DNA of 64,000 nucleotides from Candidatus Rokuibacteriota bacterium (GTDB lineage Bacteria; Methylomirabilota; Methylomirabilia; Rokubacteriales; CSP1-6): the NCBI GenBank assembly GCA_016866775.1, contig VGLJ01000006.1, positions 50,315-114,314 of the forward strand, read 5' to 3'. Of this stretch, positions 46,452-58,842 are shown in pieces. The position numbers and the translations under genes were made by a program. The stretch's first letter is position 1. The number at the start of each line of letters is the position of its first letter. Below the pieces are notes generated by a model. It saw only the letters and a program-made list of their open reading frames with translations. It was not told the origin of the DNA and ran no database searches.

Positions 46452-47696
46452 GTGGAGTCACGGCGCGTCGTCGTCACCGGGCTCGGCGCCATCACGCCGG
46501 TGGGCAACACGGCGGAAGAGCTCTGGTCGGCGCTGACGCACGCGCGCTCCGGCATCGGTCCCATCACGAAGTTCGACGCCGCCGCCTATCCGACGCGGAT
46601 CGCGGGCGAGATCCGCAACTTCGATCCGCTCGCCTACATCGACAAGAAGGACGCGCGCCGGCTCGATCCGTATCTCCAGTACGCCGTCGCGTCGTCGGTC
46701 CAGGCCGTCGCCGACGCCGGTCTCGATCCGAGCCGTATCGACGCCGAGCGGTTCGGCGTGCTCATCGGCTCGGGGATCGGCGGCATCACCACGCTCCTCG
46801 ACGGCGAGCACGTCCTGCTCCAGAAGGGCCCGGACCGCGTGTCCCCGTTCATCATCCCCATGCTCATCATCAACATGGCGTCGGGCCTCGTCTCGATGCG
46901 CTTCGGCGCCAAGGGCCCGAACTCCTCGGTCGTCACCGCGTGCGCCACCGGCAACCACGCCATCGGGGACGCGTTCAAGCTGATCCGCTACGGCGAGGCC
47001 GACGTGATGATCGCGGGGGGCGCCGAGGCGATGATCGTCCCGCTGACGATCGCCGGCTTCTGCGCGATGAAGGCGATGTCGACACGCAACGACGATCCGC
47101 GGAAGGCCTCGCGCCCGTTCGACGCCGGCCGCGACGGGTTCGTGTGCGGCGAAGGCGCGGGGATCGTCGTCATCGAGGCGCTCGAGCACGCGGTCCGGCG
47201 TGACGCGCGGATCTACGCGGAAGTCATCGGCTACGGAATGACCGGCGACGCGCATCACATGACGGCGCCCGATCCCGAGGGCGACGGCGCCGCGCGCGCG
47301 ATGAGCCTCGCGCTGAAGAGCGCCGGCCTCCAGGCGAGCGAGGTCGGCTACATCAACGCGCACGGCACGTCGACGCCCTACAACGACAAGTTCGAGACCC
47401 TCGCGATCAAGCGCGTGTTCGGCGACCACGCGCGCAAGCTCGCGATCTCGTCGACGAAGTCGATGACCGGCCACCTGCTCGGCGCCGCGGGCGGCGTCGA
47501 GGCCATCGCCACCGCGCTCGCGCTGCACCACGGTCTCCTGCCGCCGACCATCAACTACGAGACTCCGGATCCCGACTGCGACCTCGACTACGTGCCGAAC
47601 CAGGCGCGCAAGCAGGACGTCGAGGTCGCGCTCTCCAACGCGTTCGGCTTCGGCGGCACGAACGCGACGCTCGCGTTCCGCAAGTACCGCGGCTAG
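46452..47696 (+). CDS. fabF: 3-oxoacyl-ACP synthase II
   Basis: [19 protein letters not shown] and FGFGG. Confidence 0.97.
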   Translation: MESRRVVVTGLGAITPVGNTAEELWSALTHARSGIGPITKFDAAAYPTRIAGEIRNFDPLAYIDKKDARRLDPYLQYAVASSVQAVADAGLDPSRIDAERFGVLIGSGIGGITTLLDGEHVLLQKGPDRVSPFIIPMLIINMASGLVSMRFGAKGPNSSVVTACATGNHAIGDAFKLIRYGEADVMIAGGAEAMIVPLTIAGFCAMKAMSTRNDDPRKASRPFDAGRDGFVCGEGAGIVVIEALEHAVRRDARIYAEVIGYGMTGDAHHMTAPDPEGDGAARAMSLALKSAGLQASEVGYINAHGTSTPYNDKFETLAIKRVFGDHARKLAISSTKSMTGHLLGAAGGVEAIATALALHHGLLPPTINYETPDPDCDLDYVPNQARKQDVEVALSNAFGFGGTNATLAFRKYRG

Positions 47697-47709
47697 CCCC
47701 GGCCATCCG

Positions 47710-48156
47710 ATGGCCGCGCTCGTCTCGCTCGAAGAGCGCCTCGGTCATTGCTTTCGCGACCGCGCACTGATCGAGCGCGCCCTCACGCACGCCTCGTGGG
47801 CCAACGAGCACGCGCCGGCGCTCGACCAGGAGCCGCTCGCGTTCATCGGCGACGCCGCGCTCGGGCTCGTCGTCGCCGAGCGCCTCTACACCGAGGGCGT
47901 CGAGCGCACGGTCGGCGTTCTGACGCCGGCGCGCGCGGAGATCGTCTCGGGCGTCAACCTCGCGCGGTGGGCGACGGACCTCGAGCTCGGCGCGCTGTTG
48001 CGTCTCGGCCGCGGTGAGGACCAGACGGGCGGGCGCACGCGCGAATCGATCCTCGCCACGACGCTCGAGGCGGTGCTCGGCGTGCTCTACCTCGAAGACG
48101 GGCTCGGCGCCGTGCGCACGGCGGTCGAACGGCTCCGTACGCGCGTGGTAGGCTGA
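47710..48156 (+). CDS. RNase III nuclease-domain-only protein with a degenerate active site
   Basis: ALTHAS, EPLAFIGDA and LATTLEAVLG; no dsRBD. It sits in the usual rnc position after fabF. Confidence 0.85.
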   Translation: MAALVSLEERLGHCFRDRALIERALTHASWANEHAPALDQEPLAFIGDAALGLVVAERLYTEGVERTVGVLTPARAEIVSGVNLARWATDLELGALLRLGRGEDQTGGRTRESILATTLEAVLGVLYLEDGLGAVRTAVERLRTRVVG

Positions 48157-48160
48157 ACGC

Positions 48161-49303
48161 ATGCGCTTCTGGCCGAGGCGGCGGACGGCGCCCGCCCCTG
48201 CGCCTTCCGACGGCCTGATCCTCCTCGGCGACATCCTGCGCCGCAACGTCGACGACATCCTCGCGGTGTACGACAACGGCGAGAAGAACGGCGTCTTCCT
48301 CTTCCGCGGGCAGCTCGTGACCACGCCCGCGCGCGCGCTCGAGATCCTTCGCGATCGCTTCCGCCGCGTCGGCTACACGCCGTACCTGCGCGCCGATCGC
48401 GGCGGCGTGCTCGTGCAGGCCTGGCCGAGCGCGGGGGTCGAGGACCGCTCGCGCGTCACGCTCAACGTCGTCCTCTTCGTGCTGACGGTCGTCTCGACGC
48501 TGCTCGCCGGCACGCAATTCGTCGGCTCGCCGACGTTCGACGCGCTCCGGCGGGCCCCGTCGTGGTGGTGGCTCCTGAGCGGCGTGCCGTTCGCGGTCAC
48601 GCTGCTCTTGACGCTCGGCGTGCACGAGTTCGGGCACTACCTCACCGCGCGCCACTACGGCGTCTCGGTCAGCCTCCCGTACTTCATCCCGGTGCCGCCG
48701 CCGTTCCTCTTCGGCACGCTGGGCGCCGTCATCCGGATGCGCTCGCCCGCGCGCGATCGCAACGCGCTCTTCGACATCGCCGCGGCCGGCCCGATCGCGG
48801 GGCTCGTCATCGCCCTCCCGGCGTTGATCCTCGGCATCCACTGGTCGGCGGTGGCGCCGGTCGCGCCGGGCACGTGGGTCACGTTCGGCGACTCGGCGCT
48901 CACGCACGCGCTCGTCGCGCTGCGGTTCGGCGTGATCCCCGAAGGCATGAAGCTCTACACGCACCCGGTGTTCGATGCCGCGTGGGTCGGGCTCCTCGTC
49001 ACCGCGCTGAACCTGATGCCCGTCGGGCAGCTCGACGGCGGCCGCATCGCGTACGCGCTGTTCGGCACGCGGCACCGGATGGTCGGGATCGCGACGTTCC
49101 TGGCGCTGCTCGCCCTCGGCGCGCTCACGTGGTCCGTGAACTGGGTGGTGTGGGGCTTCTTCGTGCTGTTCTTCATCGGCTTCCATCACGGGCCGCCGCT
49201 CGACGATCTCACCCCGCTGACTCCGGGGCGTCGCGCGGTCGGCGTGGCCTGCCTGCTCCTCCTCGTGCTCCTCGTCCCGCCCATACCTATCGACGTCGGC
49301 TGA
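48161..49303 (+). CDS. Site-2 protease (M50)
   Basis: HEFGH, AGPIAG and NLMPVGQLDGG. Confidence 0.93.
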   Translation: MRFWPRRRTAPAPAPSDGLILLGDILRRNVDDILAVYDNGEKNGVFLFRGQLVTTPARALEILRDRFRRVGYTPYLRADRGGVLVQAWPSAGVEDRSRVTLNVVLFVLTVVSTLLAGTQFVGSPTFDALRRAPSWWWLLSGVPFAVTLLLTLGVHEFGHYLTARHYGVSVSLPYFIPVPPPFLFGTLGAVIRMRSPARDRNALFDIAAAGPIAGLVIALPALILGIHWSAVAPVAPGTWVTFGDSALTHALVALRFGVIPEGMKLYTHPVFDAAWVGLLVTALNLMPVGQLDGGRIAYALFGTRHRMVGIATFLALLALGALTWSVNWVVWGFFVLFFIGFHHGPPLDDLTPLTPGRRAVGVACLLLLVLLVPPIPIDVG

Positions 49304-49515
49304 GGCCGAAACGGCGGCCCGATCCCGCGTGACGCCATGTCACCGGGAGGCAGAATGTCATCGGCAACGCGGTTCGATTTTCCGGGTGTCTGGCGCCGGC
49401 TCCAGAGGCCGATGCGCTGGAAGTGATTGACCTCGAAGGGTTCCGCCCGTTTTTCCCGGCTCGGCACCGTCTGTGCACCCTTGGCGGGCCGCGAACGACC
49501 GGAAAGGGGGGCTTC

Positions 49516-50061
49516 ATGATCACGTGTCAGGCTTCGGTGGTGATCGTCTCACTGTTGATGGCGCTGGCGGTCGGCGGGTGCGCGACGCAGCAGTCCGCGA
49601 CGAACGATCCGTCGGCGACGGCGGGCTACCACAGCGGCGCGATGGGCTCGCGCCACGACGGGCCGGGCGGGACGTCGGGCATGGGCGCGAGCGCGCGGCC
49701 GCGGCTCAGCGACTTCATCGTCCATGACGACCTCCGCGACGTCCACTTCGCGTTCGACAGCTACGAGATCCGGGCCACGGACATGAGGATCCTCGAGAAG
49801 AGCACGCAGTGGCTCCGCGCGCACCCCGACGCCCTCGTGGTCATCGAGGGGCACGCCGACGAGCGCGGCACCAACGAGTACAACCTCACGCTCGGCGAGC
49901 GCCGCGCGAAGGCGTCGATGAACTACTTCGTCTCGCACGGCGTCGCCGCCTCGCGCATCACCGTGATGAGCTACGGCGAGGAGCGCGGGATGTGCCGCGA
50001 CAAGACCGAGAGCTGCTGGGCCAAGAACCGCCGCGCGCACTTCCGGGTGAAGGCAAACTAA
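49516..50061 (+). CDS. pal: Pal/OmpA-like lipoprotein
   Basis: Lipobox VGGC, EGHADERGTNEYNLTLGERRA and NRRA. Confidence 0.88.
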   Translation: MITCQASVVIVSLLMALAVGGCATQQSATNDPSATAGYHSGAMGSRHDGPGGTSGMGASARPRLSDFIVHDDLRDVHFAFDSYEIRATDMRILEKSTQWLRAHPDALVVIEGHADERGTNEYNLTLGERRAKASMNYFVSHGVAASRITVMSYGEERGMCRDKTESCWAKNRRAHFRVKAN

Positions 50062-50066
50062 GAACC

Positions 50067-50093
50067 GAGGGGGGGCTTCGACGGCCCCCCTCT
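50067..50093. terminator. GC hairpin between convergent genes
   Basis: GAGGGGGGGC-TTCGACG-GCCCCCCTC. Confidence 0.6.
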
Positions 50094-52793
50094 TCAGTCC
50101 TCCGCGCGCATCAACGTTCCGTGCAGCGGCACGGGACGCCGCGCGTTCGTCCCGAATTGCTCTCCGCCGCCGTGGGCGTGTATGTGACGTCGAGGGTCCG
50201 GGCGTCACGGCGCGTGACGGCCAGCACGGCGCGATTCGGCGGGACCGCCTTCACCTCGCCGCCCTCCACCGTGGCCGCGTAGACGCCACCGCCACGGTGC
50301 ACGCCGCTCGAGACGTGCGTGTAGAGAACGCCCGGCCTCGGCGCGCCGACGTCCACGGGCGCCCACGATACGATGCTCTCTCCGACCGTGCCGTACCAGA
50401 GACCGGCGAGGTCGTTTCCGCTCGTGACGAGCGTGACGTGCGCCGGCGGCTTCGGGACGAGGTCGCGCGCCACGGCGAGGCTGCCTTTCGTCGCGGGGCA
50501 CGAGAACGCGCCTGACGGCACCGTCGGCGCGGACAGGAAGGTCTCGAGACAGCGTCCGTAGCGCAGCGTGAAATTCCCGCCGGTGCCTCCGGCGTGGCCC
50601 TTCAGGCCCGCGGTCTCGTCGAGGAGGAGATACGGGCGCTCACGGTTCGCCAGCACCGGCGCGGCGGTGCGTCCCCGCTCGATGTTGCCGAAGAGCTCGT
50701 CCTGGGCGGGGAACACGACGACGAGCCGCTCGACCTTCGCGCGGCGCAGGCGCTCGTCGGTCGGTGCCTGCGTGCGGCTGTTGCCGACCGTCGTCTCCAT
50801 CCCAGGCGCCATCGCGATCGTCGCGAAGAGGTCGCTCGCGAGCGTGCCGACCTCGAGCGCCACGCGTCCGCCGAACGACTGGCCCGCGACGACGATCTTG
50901 CGATAGCCGCGCTCACGCTGCGCCTGGATCTCCTCCAGCACGCGGGCCTCGGCACGCCGGTACGAGTCCGCGCCTTCCGCGAGGTTGTGGCGGTTCAGCT
51001 TGATCACGTCCCACCCGCCCGACCGCAGCAGGCGGATGGCGAGCGCCGGCGGCGCCGTGTGCTGGACGAGCGTCCCGTGGATGCCGTGGTTCCAGATGAC
51101 GAGACCGCGCGCGTTCGACGGGGCCGTGCGGCTTCATGTCGCAGAAGCCGTGCTCGAGCCAGAACAGCCGCGAGCCGGGCTCCTGGCCGCAGCGGAGCGG
51201 GTCGGCCGTCATCCCGAGCTCCCACGCGTCCGCCCCCACGAGCTGGCGCGCCTGCGCGTAGGACTGCGCGATCACGTCGCCGTCGCGCACGAGCGGGAGA
51301 CACGGGACCCCGAGCTCGCGCTTCGCCGCCATGCGGCTGCAGGCCGTGTACGCCCCGTACGCGGACGACGCGCTCCAGCCGCACGCCGACCCCGACGGGC
51401 TCGAGGCGTAATAGAACTGCCCGATCGTGAAGAGCGCGTTCGGGGGCTCGCCGAGCGCGCGCTTGTTGAGGAGCTCACGGCATCCGGAGCTGACGCGGAT
51501 CTCGGCGTACGGGTCGGACGCTTCACTCGTGCCCGGCACGGCGAACAACACCAGCGCCGCGGCGGCGCCGCTCGCGAGAGGGATACGGGACAACAGGACG
51601 AGGCCGACGACGAAGAAGAGGCCGACCGCCAGGATCGCGGCGCGCTGATCGCCGCCCATCATCCACGACACGCCGCCGAAGACGAGCGGCCCCAGGACGG
51701 CGCCCGTCTTGCCGACGAGCGAGTAGAACCCGAAGAACTCGGCCTCACGGTCGCGAGGCACGAAGCGCGCCATCAGCGCGCGGCTCGCCGCCTGGATCGC
51801 GCCGAGGCCGCTCCCCGCGAGGATCGCCACCACCCAGAACTGCCACTTCGCGCGCACGAAGTACGCGATCACGACGACCGCGATCCACTGCACGAGCGTC
51901 ACCGTGATCACGAAGCGCGGCCCCTGCCGGTCGCTGGGCCGCGCCCACGCCGCCGAGCCCAGCAGCGCGGTGAGCTGCACGAGCATGAACAGCACGATGA
52001 TCTCCGGGAAGGTGAAGCCGAGCGTCTTCGACGCGAAGATGCCCGCGAAGAAGATCACGGTGTTGACGCCGTCCTCGTACACGAAATAGGCGAGCAGGAA
52101 CCGGCGCAGCGCGAGCCGGCGGGGCTCGGTGACGATCTCGCGCAGCGTGGCGAACGTGTCCAGGATGCCCCGCCGCACCGCCTGCGTGAGCGGCATCGGA
52201 TGGCGCGTGTCGGCGGGGAGCAGCACGAAGGCCGGCAGCGCGAAGAGCCCGAACTGCGCCGCCGTCACGAGGAAGCACGCGCCGTACCTCCCCATCGCCG
52301 CGAACGGGTACGCGGCGAGGAACGCCACCATCGATCCCCCATAGCCGACGGCGAAGCCCATCGCCGAGACGCTGCCGAAGCGCTCCGGCGGGACGAGCGC
52401 CGGCAGGTACGCGTTGTAGTAGACGATCGCCGCCTCGTACGTGACCAGCGTGAGCACCGCGAAGACGAAGCCGCGCACGACCATGCCCGGCTCGAGCGTC
52501 GAGAGCAGCGCGCTGCCCGCGACGGCGCTGAGCGTGAGCGCGACGAAGAACGGCTTGCGGACCCCCGCATGGTCGGCGATGCCGCCGAGGAGCGGCGACG
52601 TGAGCGCGACGATCACCATCGTCGACGAGCTGACGAGGCCCCACCACACGTCGCCCTGGCCCTGCGCGTTGCCGACGATGGCCTGCGCGTACCAGACGGG
52701 AAAGATGGTGGCGACGACGATGGCGGAGACGGAAGAGTTCGCGAAATCGTAGAGGCACCACGCGACGATCGCGCGATCGATCCGGCGGCGCAC
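50094..52793 (-). CDS. UMF1/Atg22-like MFS transporter reading through into a Cys-rich domain and an alpha/beta hydrolase (frameshifts near 51122 and 50132)
   Basis: MFS motifs WCLYDFANS, YYNAYLP and AEFFGFY, with no stop after the last TM. After a shift come GLVIWNHG, GQSFGG, D-ELFG and GH. Confidence 0.7.
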
Positions 52794-52839
52794 GGACGCA
52801 GGATGACACACGCCGCGGCCTTGCGCTACTATCGCCGCC

Positions 52840-54234
52840 ATGTCCGGCCGCGTCGACCTCCAGACGCTCGCGCAGCTCGTGCGCAAGGACGAGATCGACA
52901 CGGTGCTCGCGGTGTTTCCCGACGGGTACGGCCGGCTCATGGGCAAGCGCGTCGTCGGCCGCTACTTCCTCGATCACGTCGCCGAGGAAGGCTCGCACGC
53001 CTGCATCTACCTCTTCACCGTCGACATGGAGATGGAGCCGCTGCCCGGCTTCAAGCTCACGTCGTGGGAGCGCGGCTACGGGGACATGAAGGTCGTCCCG
53101 GATCTCGGGACGCTCCGGATCATCCCGTGGCTGACGAAGACCGCGCTCGTGCTGTGCGACGTCTACACGGAAGAGGGCGAGCCGATCGAGGAAGCGCCGC
53201 GCTGGGTGCTCAAGCGGCAGATCGCGCGCGCGGCGAAGCTCGGCTACACGGTGAAGACCGCGGCGGAGCTCGAGCTCTACGTGTTCCGCGAGAGCTTCGA
53301 GGAGGCGCGCGCGAAGCGTTACCAGCACTTGACGCCGGCGTCGGGCTATCTCGAGGACTATCACATCCTGCAGACGACGCGCGAAGAGCCGCTGATCCGT
53401 GCGATCCGCAACGGCATGGAAGCGGCGGACGTCCCGGTCGAGACGTCGAAGGGCGAGTGGGGCAGGGGACAGGAAGAGATCAACCTGCGCTACGCTGAGG
53501 CGCTGGAGATGGCGGACCGCACCGTGCTCTACAAGCACGGCGCGAAGGAGATCGCCTCGCTGCAGGGGTGCGCGATCACGTTCATGGCGAAGTACGACGC
53601 CGGCGCGGCGGGCTCGTCGTTCCACCTGCACTCGTCGCTGTGGGACAAGCGCGACAAGCCGCTGTTCGCGCCACGCGCACGCACCGGCGCGCCTGCGGCG
53701 CAACGACGCGACCCGAAGCAGTGGACGCCGCTCTTCGGCCAGTGGCTCGCCGGCCAGATGGCGATGGCGCGCGAGCTCGCGTACTTCTACGCGCCCGGCG
53801 TGAACGCCTACAAGCGCTACCAGTCCGGCTCGTTCGCGCCGACGCGCATCGCGTCCGGCTGGGACAACCGCACGTGCGGCTTCCGGCTGTGCGGGGAGGG
53901 CGGCGGCTTCCGCGTGGAGAATCGCATCCCGGGCGCCGACGCCAACCCGTATCTCGCGTTCGCCGCGACGATCGCCGCGGGGCTCCACGGCATCGAGGCC
54001 AAGCTGAAGGCGCCGAAGGCCTACGAGGGCAATGCCTACGAGGACGCGTCGCTCCCGCAGGTCCCGAAGACGCTGCGCGAGGCGATCGACGAGCTCCGGC
54101 GCTCGAAGGTCGCGCGTGCGGCATTCGGCGATCGCGTGGTCGAGCACTACCTCCACGCGGCGCGCCTCGAGCAGCAGGCCTTCGACCAGGCCGTCACCGA
54201 CTGGGAGCTCATCCGCTACTTCGAAAGGATCTAG
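52840..54234 (+). CDS. Glutamine synthetase-like gamma-glutamyl-amine ligase
   Basis: GRLMGKR, ELELY, EWGRGQEE, TFMAK, HLHSS and ENRIPGADANPYL. Confidence 0.9.
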   Translation: MSGRVDLQTLAQLVRKDEIDTVLAVFPDGYGRLMGKRVVGRYFLDHVAEEGSHACIYLFTVDMEMEPLPGFKLTSWERGYGDMKVVPDLGTLRIIPWLTKTALVLCDVYTEEGEPIEEAPRWVLKRQIARAAKLGYTVKTAAELELYVFRESFEEARAKRYQHLTPASGYLEDYHILQTTREEPLIRAIRNGMEAADVPVETSKGEWGRGQEEINLRYAEALEMADRTVLYKHGAKEIASLQGCAITFMAKYDAGAAGSSFHLHSSLWDKRDKPLFAPRARTGAPAAQRRDPKQWTPLFGQWLAGQMAMARELAYFYAPGVNAYKRYQSGSFAPTRIASGWDNRTCGFRLCGEGGGFRVENRIPGADANPYLAFAATIAAGLHGIEAKLKAPKAYEGNAYEDASLPQVPKTLREAIDELRRSKVARAAFGDRVVEHYLHAARLEQQAFDQAVTDWELIRYFERI

Positions 54235-54999
54235 ATGGCGCACCGGCTCAAAGACAAGGTCGCGCTGATCACCGGCGCGGGCATGGGCATGGGACGGGAG
54301 TGCGCGGTGCTCTTCGCGGAGGAGGGCGCGCGCGTGGTCGTCGCCGACATCGACGCCAAGGTCGCGGCGGAGACCGTCGCGGCGGTCGAGGCGAAGGGCG
54401 GGCAGGCCATCGCGGTCGCGGGCGACGTCGCGCTCGAGCCGGACGTCGAGCGCATGGTCGCGGAGGGGGTGAAGAAGTTCGGCGCCCTTCACATCCTCCA
54501 CAACAACGCCGGCGTGCTGTGGAAGGACCGCGATCGCTCGGTGCTGGAGACCGACGAGAAGTGGTGGGACCGCGTGATGGGGATCAACCTCAAGTCGGTC
54601 TTCTGGGTGACGAAGCACGGGATCCCGCATCTCAAGCGCGCCGGCGGCGGCTCCGTGATCCTCATGGGCTCGGTGTCGGCGCTCGCCGGCTTCACGCGCG
54701 CGCAGGACGCGTACACGGCCGCGAAGGGCGCCCTGATCTCGCTGACGAAGTCGCTCGCGATCCAGTTCGCGAGGGACAACATCCGCTGCAACGTGATCCA
54801 TCCCGGCATCGTGGACACGCCGCTGCAGGCGCCCTATCTGACGCCGGAGATCCGGACGGAATTCGAGAGGGGCATTCCGCTCGGCCGCATCGCGCGGCCG
54901 CGCGAGATCGCCAACGTCGCCTTGTTCCTCGCCAGCGACGAGTCGTCGTTCATGACCGGCGCCGAGCTGGTCGTCGACGGCGGGTTCACGGCGGGCTAA
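54235..54999 (+). CDS. SDR oxidoreductase
   Basis: TGAGMGMG, NNAG and YTAAKG. Confidence 0.93.
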   Translation: MAHRLKDKVALITGAGMGMGRECAVLFAEEGARVVVADIDAKVAAETVAAVEAKGGQAIAVAGDVALEPDVERMVAEGVKKFGALHILHNNAGVLWKDRDRSVLETDEKWWDRVMGINLKSVFWVTKHGIPHLKRAGGGSVILMGSVSALAGFTRAQDAYTAAKGALISLTKSLAIQFARDNIRCNVIHPGIVDTPLQAPYLTPEIRTEFERGIPLGRIARPREIANVALFLASDESSFMTGAELVVDGGFTAG

Positions 55000-55020
55000 C
55001 CCGAACCGGCAGCGCAGCCA

Positions 55021-55060
55021 AGGGGTTTGGGGTCCTGAGCTGTGGGGCCCCATGTCCAAG
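55021..55060 (-). repeat. Dispersed palindromic repeat, copy D
   Basis: Reverse complement is CTTGGACATGGGGCCCCACAGCTCAGGACCCCAAACCCCT. Confidence 0.7.
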
Positions 55061-55071
55061 GAGAACCGAGC

Positions 55072-56067
55072 ATGCGACGACTGTGGAGCCTGGCGGTGGT
55101 GCTGGTGGTCCTCGGAGCGGCGCCCGCGTGGGCGAAGGACGTGGTGATCGTCTACACGGCGCTCGAGAACGAGCAGATCGCCGACTACAAGAAGGCGTAC
55201 GACAAGGCGCTGCCGAACCTCGACGTGAAGATCCTGCGGCTCTCCACCGGCGACATCGCGGCCCGGTTCATGGCCGAGAAGGACAACATGCAGGCCGACG
55301 TCATCTGGGGCGTGGCCGCGACGAACATCCTGATCTTCAAGAACGCCGGGCTGCTGGAGCCGTACGCGCCGAAGGGGCTCGACCGCGTGCAGCCGCTCTT
55401 CCGCGACAAGGCCAACCCGCCGAGCTGGGTCGGGATCGACATCTATATGTCGGCGTTCTGCTTCAACACCGAGGTCGCGAAGAAGCACACCCTGCCCGCG
55501 CCGGCGTCCTGGGCCGATCTCACCAAGCCGGTCTACAAGGGCCACGTGGTGATGCCGAACCCCGCGAGCTCGGGCACCGGGTATCTCTCGGTCGTCTCGA
55601 TCCTGCAGCGGCTCGGCGAGGCGAAGGGCTGGGAGTACCTCGACGCGCTCCACAAGAACATCGCGGAGTACACGAAGTCCGGCTCCAAGCCGTGCAAGGA
55701 CGCGGCGTCGGGCGAGCGCGGCATCGGCGTGTCGTTCGAGTACGTCGCGGCGAAAGCGAAGAAGGAAGGCGCGCCGATCCAGATGGTGCTGCCGAGCGAA
55801 GGCTCCGGCTACGACATGGAAGCCAACGCGCTCACCAGGAAGGGCAAGAGCAGCGCCGCCGCGAAGCAGTTCCTCGACTGGGCCATCACGAACGAGGCGA
55901 TGGCGCTCTACTCGAAGTACTTCGCGGCCGTCGCGGTGCCGGGGTTCCCCGTGCCGGAAGGCTTGCCGAAGGACATCAGCAAGGTGGTGTTCCCGAACGA
56001 CTTCGACTGGTCGGCGAAGAACCGCGATCGGGTCCTCGCCGAGTGGACGAAGCGGTACGCGAAGTAG
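55072..56067 (+). CDS. ABC substrate-binding protein, putative 2-aminoethylphosphonate/Fe3+ family
   Basis: Signal peptide, YTALE, MPNPASSGTG and YTKSGSKPC. Confidence 0.85.
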   Translation: MRRLWSLAVVLVVLGAAPAWAKDVVIVYTALENEQIADYKKAYDKALPNLDVKILRLSTGDIAARFMAEKDNMQADVIWGVAATNILIFKNAGLLEPYAPKGLDRVQPLFRDKANPPSWVGIDIYMSAFCFNTEVAKKHTLPAPASWADLTKPVYKGHVVMPNPASSGTGYLSVVSILQRLGEAKGWEYLDALHKNIAEYTKSGSKPCKDAASGERGIGVSFEYVAAKAKKEGAPIQMVLPSEGSGYDMEANALTRKGKSSAAAKQFLDWAITNEAMALYSKYFAAVAVPGFPVPEGLPKDISKVVFPNDFDWSAKNRDRVLAEWTKRYAK

Positions 56068-56074
56068 CGGAGCG

Positions 56075-57147
<1,073 letters not shown>

Positions 57148-57151
<4 letters not shown>

Positions 57152-58842
57152 GCGCGCGCGCGATCCCCGATCGCCCTGTCCGGCAGGCGTGGCACGCCGA
57201 AGCGGTGCTGCGTCTCGCGCTGATCGCGTTCTACGCGGCGTTCCTCACGCTCTTCGTGCTCTACCCGATGCTGCAGGTGTTCACGCGCAGCCTGCAGGAC
57301 GGCCAGGGCCGGTTCGTCGGCGCGGCGAACTACGTCCGGTACTTCGCGACGCCGGCCATCGCCTCCTCGATCACGAACAGCCTCGCCGTCGCGACGGGCA
57401 CGACGCTGCTCACGGTGGTCCTCGCGTTCGTCTACGCCTACGCGCTCACGCGGTCGACGATGCCGCTGCCGGGCCTCTTCAGGCTCGTCATCATGCTGCC
57501 GATCTTCGCGCCGTCGCTGGTGCAGGGGATCGCGTTCATCTACGTCTTCGGCAACAACGGCCTGCTCACGCGGTGGACCGGGTTCAACGTGGGCATCTAC
57601 GGATTCAAGGGCATCGTCGCCGCCGAGACGTTCTACGCGCTGCCCCACGCGGTGCTGATCCTCGTCGCCGCGCTCACGGCCGCGGACGCGCGGCTCTACG
57701 ACGCGGCGTCCGCCCTCGGCGCCTCCCGCGTGAAGACGTTCGTCACGGTCACGCTGCCGGGCGTGAAGTACGGCGTGATGAGCGCATGCTTCGTCGTGTT
57801 CACGCTCGTGATCACGGACTTCGGGGTGCCGAAGGTGATCGGCGGCAAGTATTCGGTGATGGCGACCGAGATCTACAACCAGGTCATCGGCCAGCAGAAC
57901 TTCACGATGGGCGCCACGGTGTCGGTCGTGCTGCTCATCCCGGCCGCCCTCGCCGTCGTCATCGACCGGCTCGTGCAGCGGCGGCAGTACGCCCTGCTCA
58001 CGGCCTCGTCGGTGCCGCTCCGTCCCGCGCGCAACCGCGGGCGTGACCTCGGGCTGTTCGTCTATTGCACGCTGGTCGCCGGCGGCATCGCCGCGATCTA
58101 CCTCGTGATCCTCGCGAGCTCGCTCGTCACGCGCTGGCCGTACGACTTCACGCCGACGACGAAGCACTACCGGTTCGACACGGTGGGCGGCTACACGGCG
58201 GTCTGGAACAGCATCGAGGCCGCCGCGCTCGCCGCCGTGATCGGCACCGTGCTCGCGTTCGCGGGCGCGTACCTCGTGGAGAAGTGCCGGACGGCCGCGA
58301 GCGGACCGCTCTACGTGCTGTCCGTCCTGCCCGTGTCGGTGCCCGGGATGGTGCTGGGCCTGGCCTACATCTTCACGTTCAACGCGCCGGGCTCGCCGCT
58401 GAACGCGCTCTACGGCACGCTCGCGATCCTCGTGCTCTCGCACCTCGTCCACTACTTCACGGTGCCGTTCCTCACCGCGACGGCGGCGCTCAAGCAGATG
58501 GACGCCGAGTTCGAGAACGTCTCCGCGTCGCTCGGCGTCCCGTTCTACCGCACGTTCTGGCGCGTCACGGTGCCGCTGGCGCTGCCGCAGATCGTCGCGC
58601 TGAGCCTCTACTTCTTCCTCAACGCGATGGTGACGCTCTCGGCCGCGGTCTTCCTCGTGGCGCCGGGCACCGAGCTCGCCGCGGTGGCCGTGCTGCTGAT
58701 GGACGACGCCGGGGACACGGCGCAGGCCGCGGCCATGTCGGTGCTCATCATCGCCATCGGGTTCGCCGTCCGTCTGCTCTATGCTCTCCTCATGCGCGGA
58801 GTCACGCGGCGAACCCAGGCCTGGACGGTGGCGACCCGATGA
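57148..58842 (+). CDS. Fused ABC permease (2-AEP/Fe3+ type)
   Basis: Two EAA loops (LYDAASALGA, FENVSASLGV) and TDFGVPKVIGG. Confidence 0.88.

Noticed and set aside
42481-47696. fab cluster as a secondary-metabolite PKS
   Set aside because: It has the canonical primary fatty-acid operon order with rpmF and plsX.
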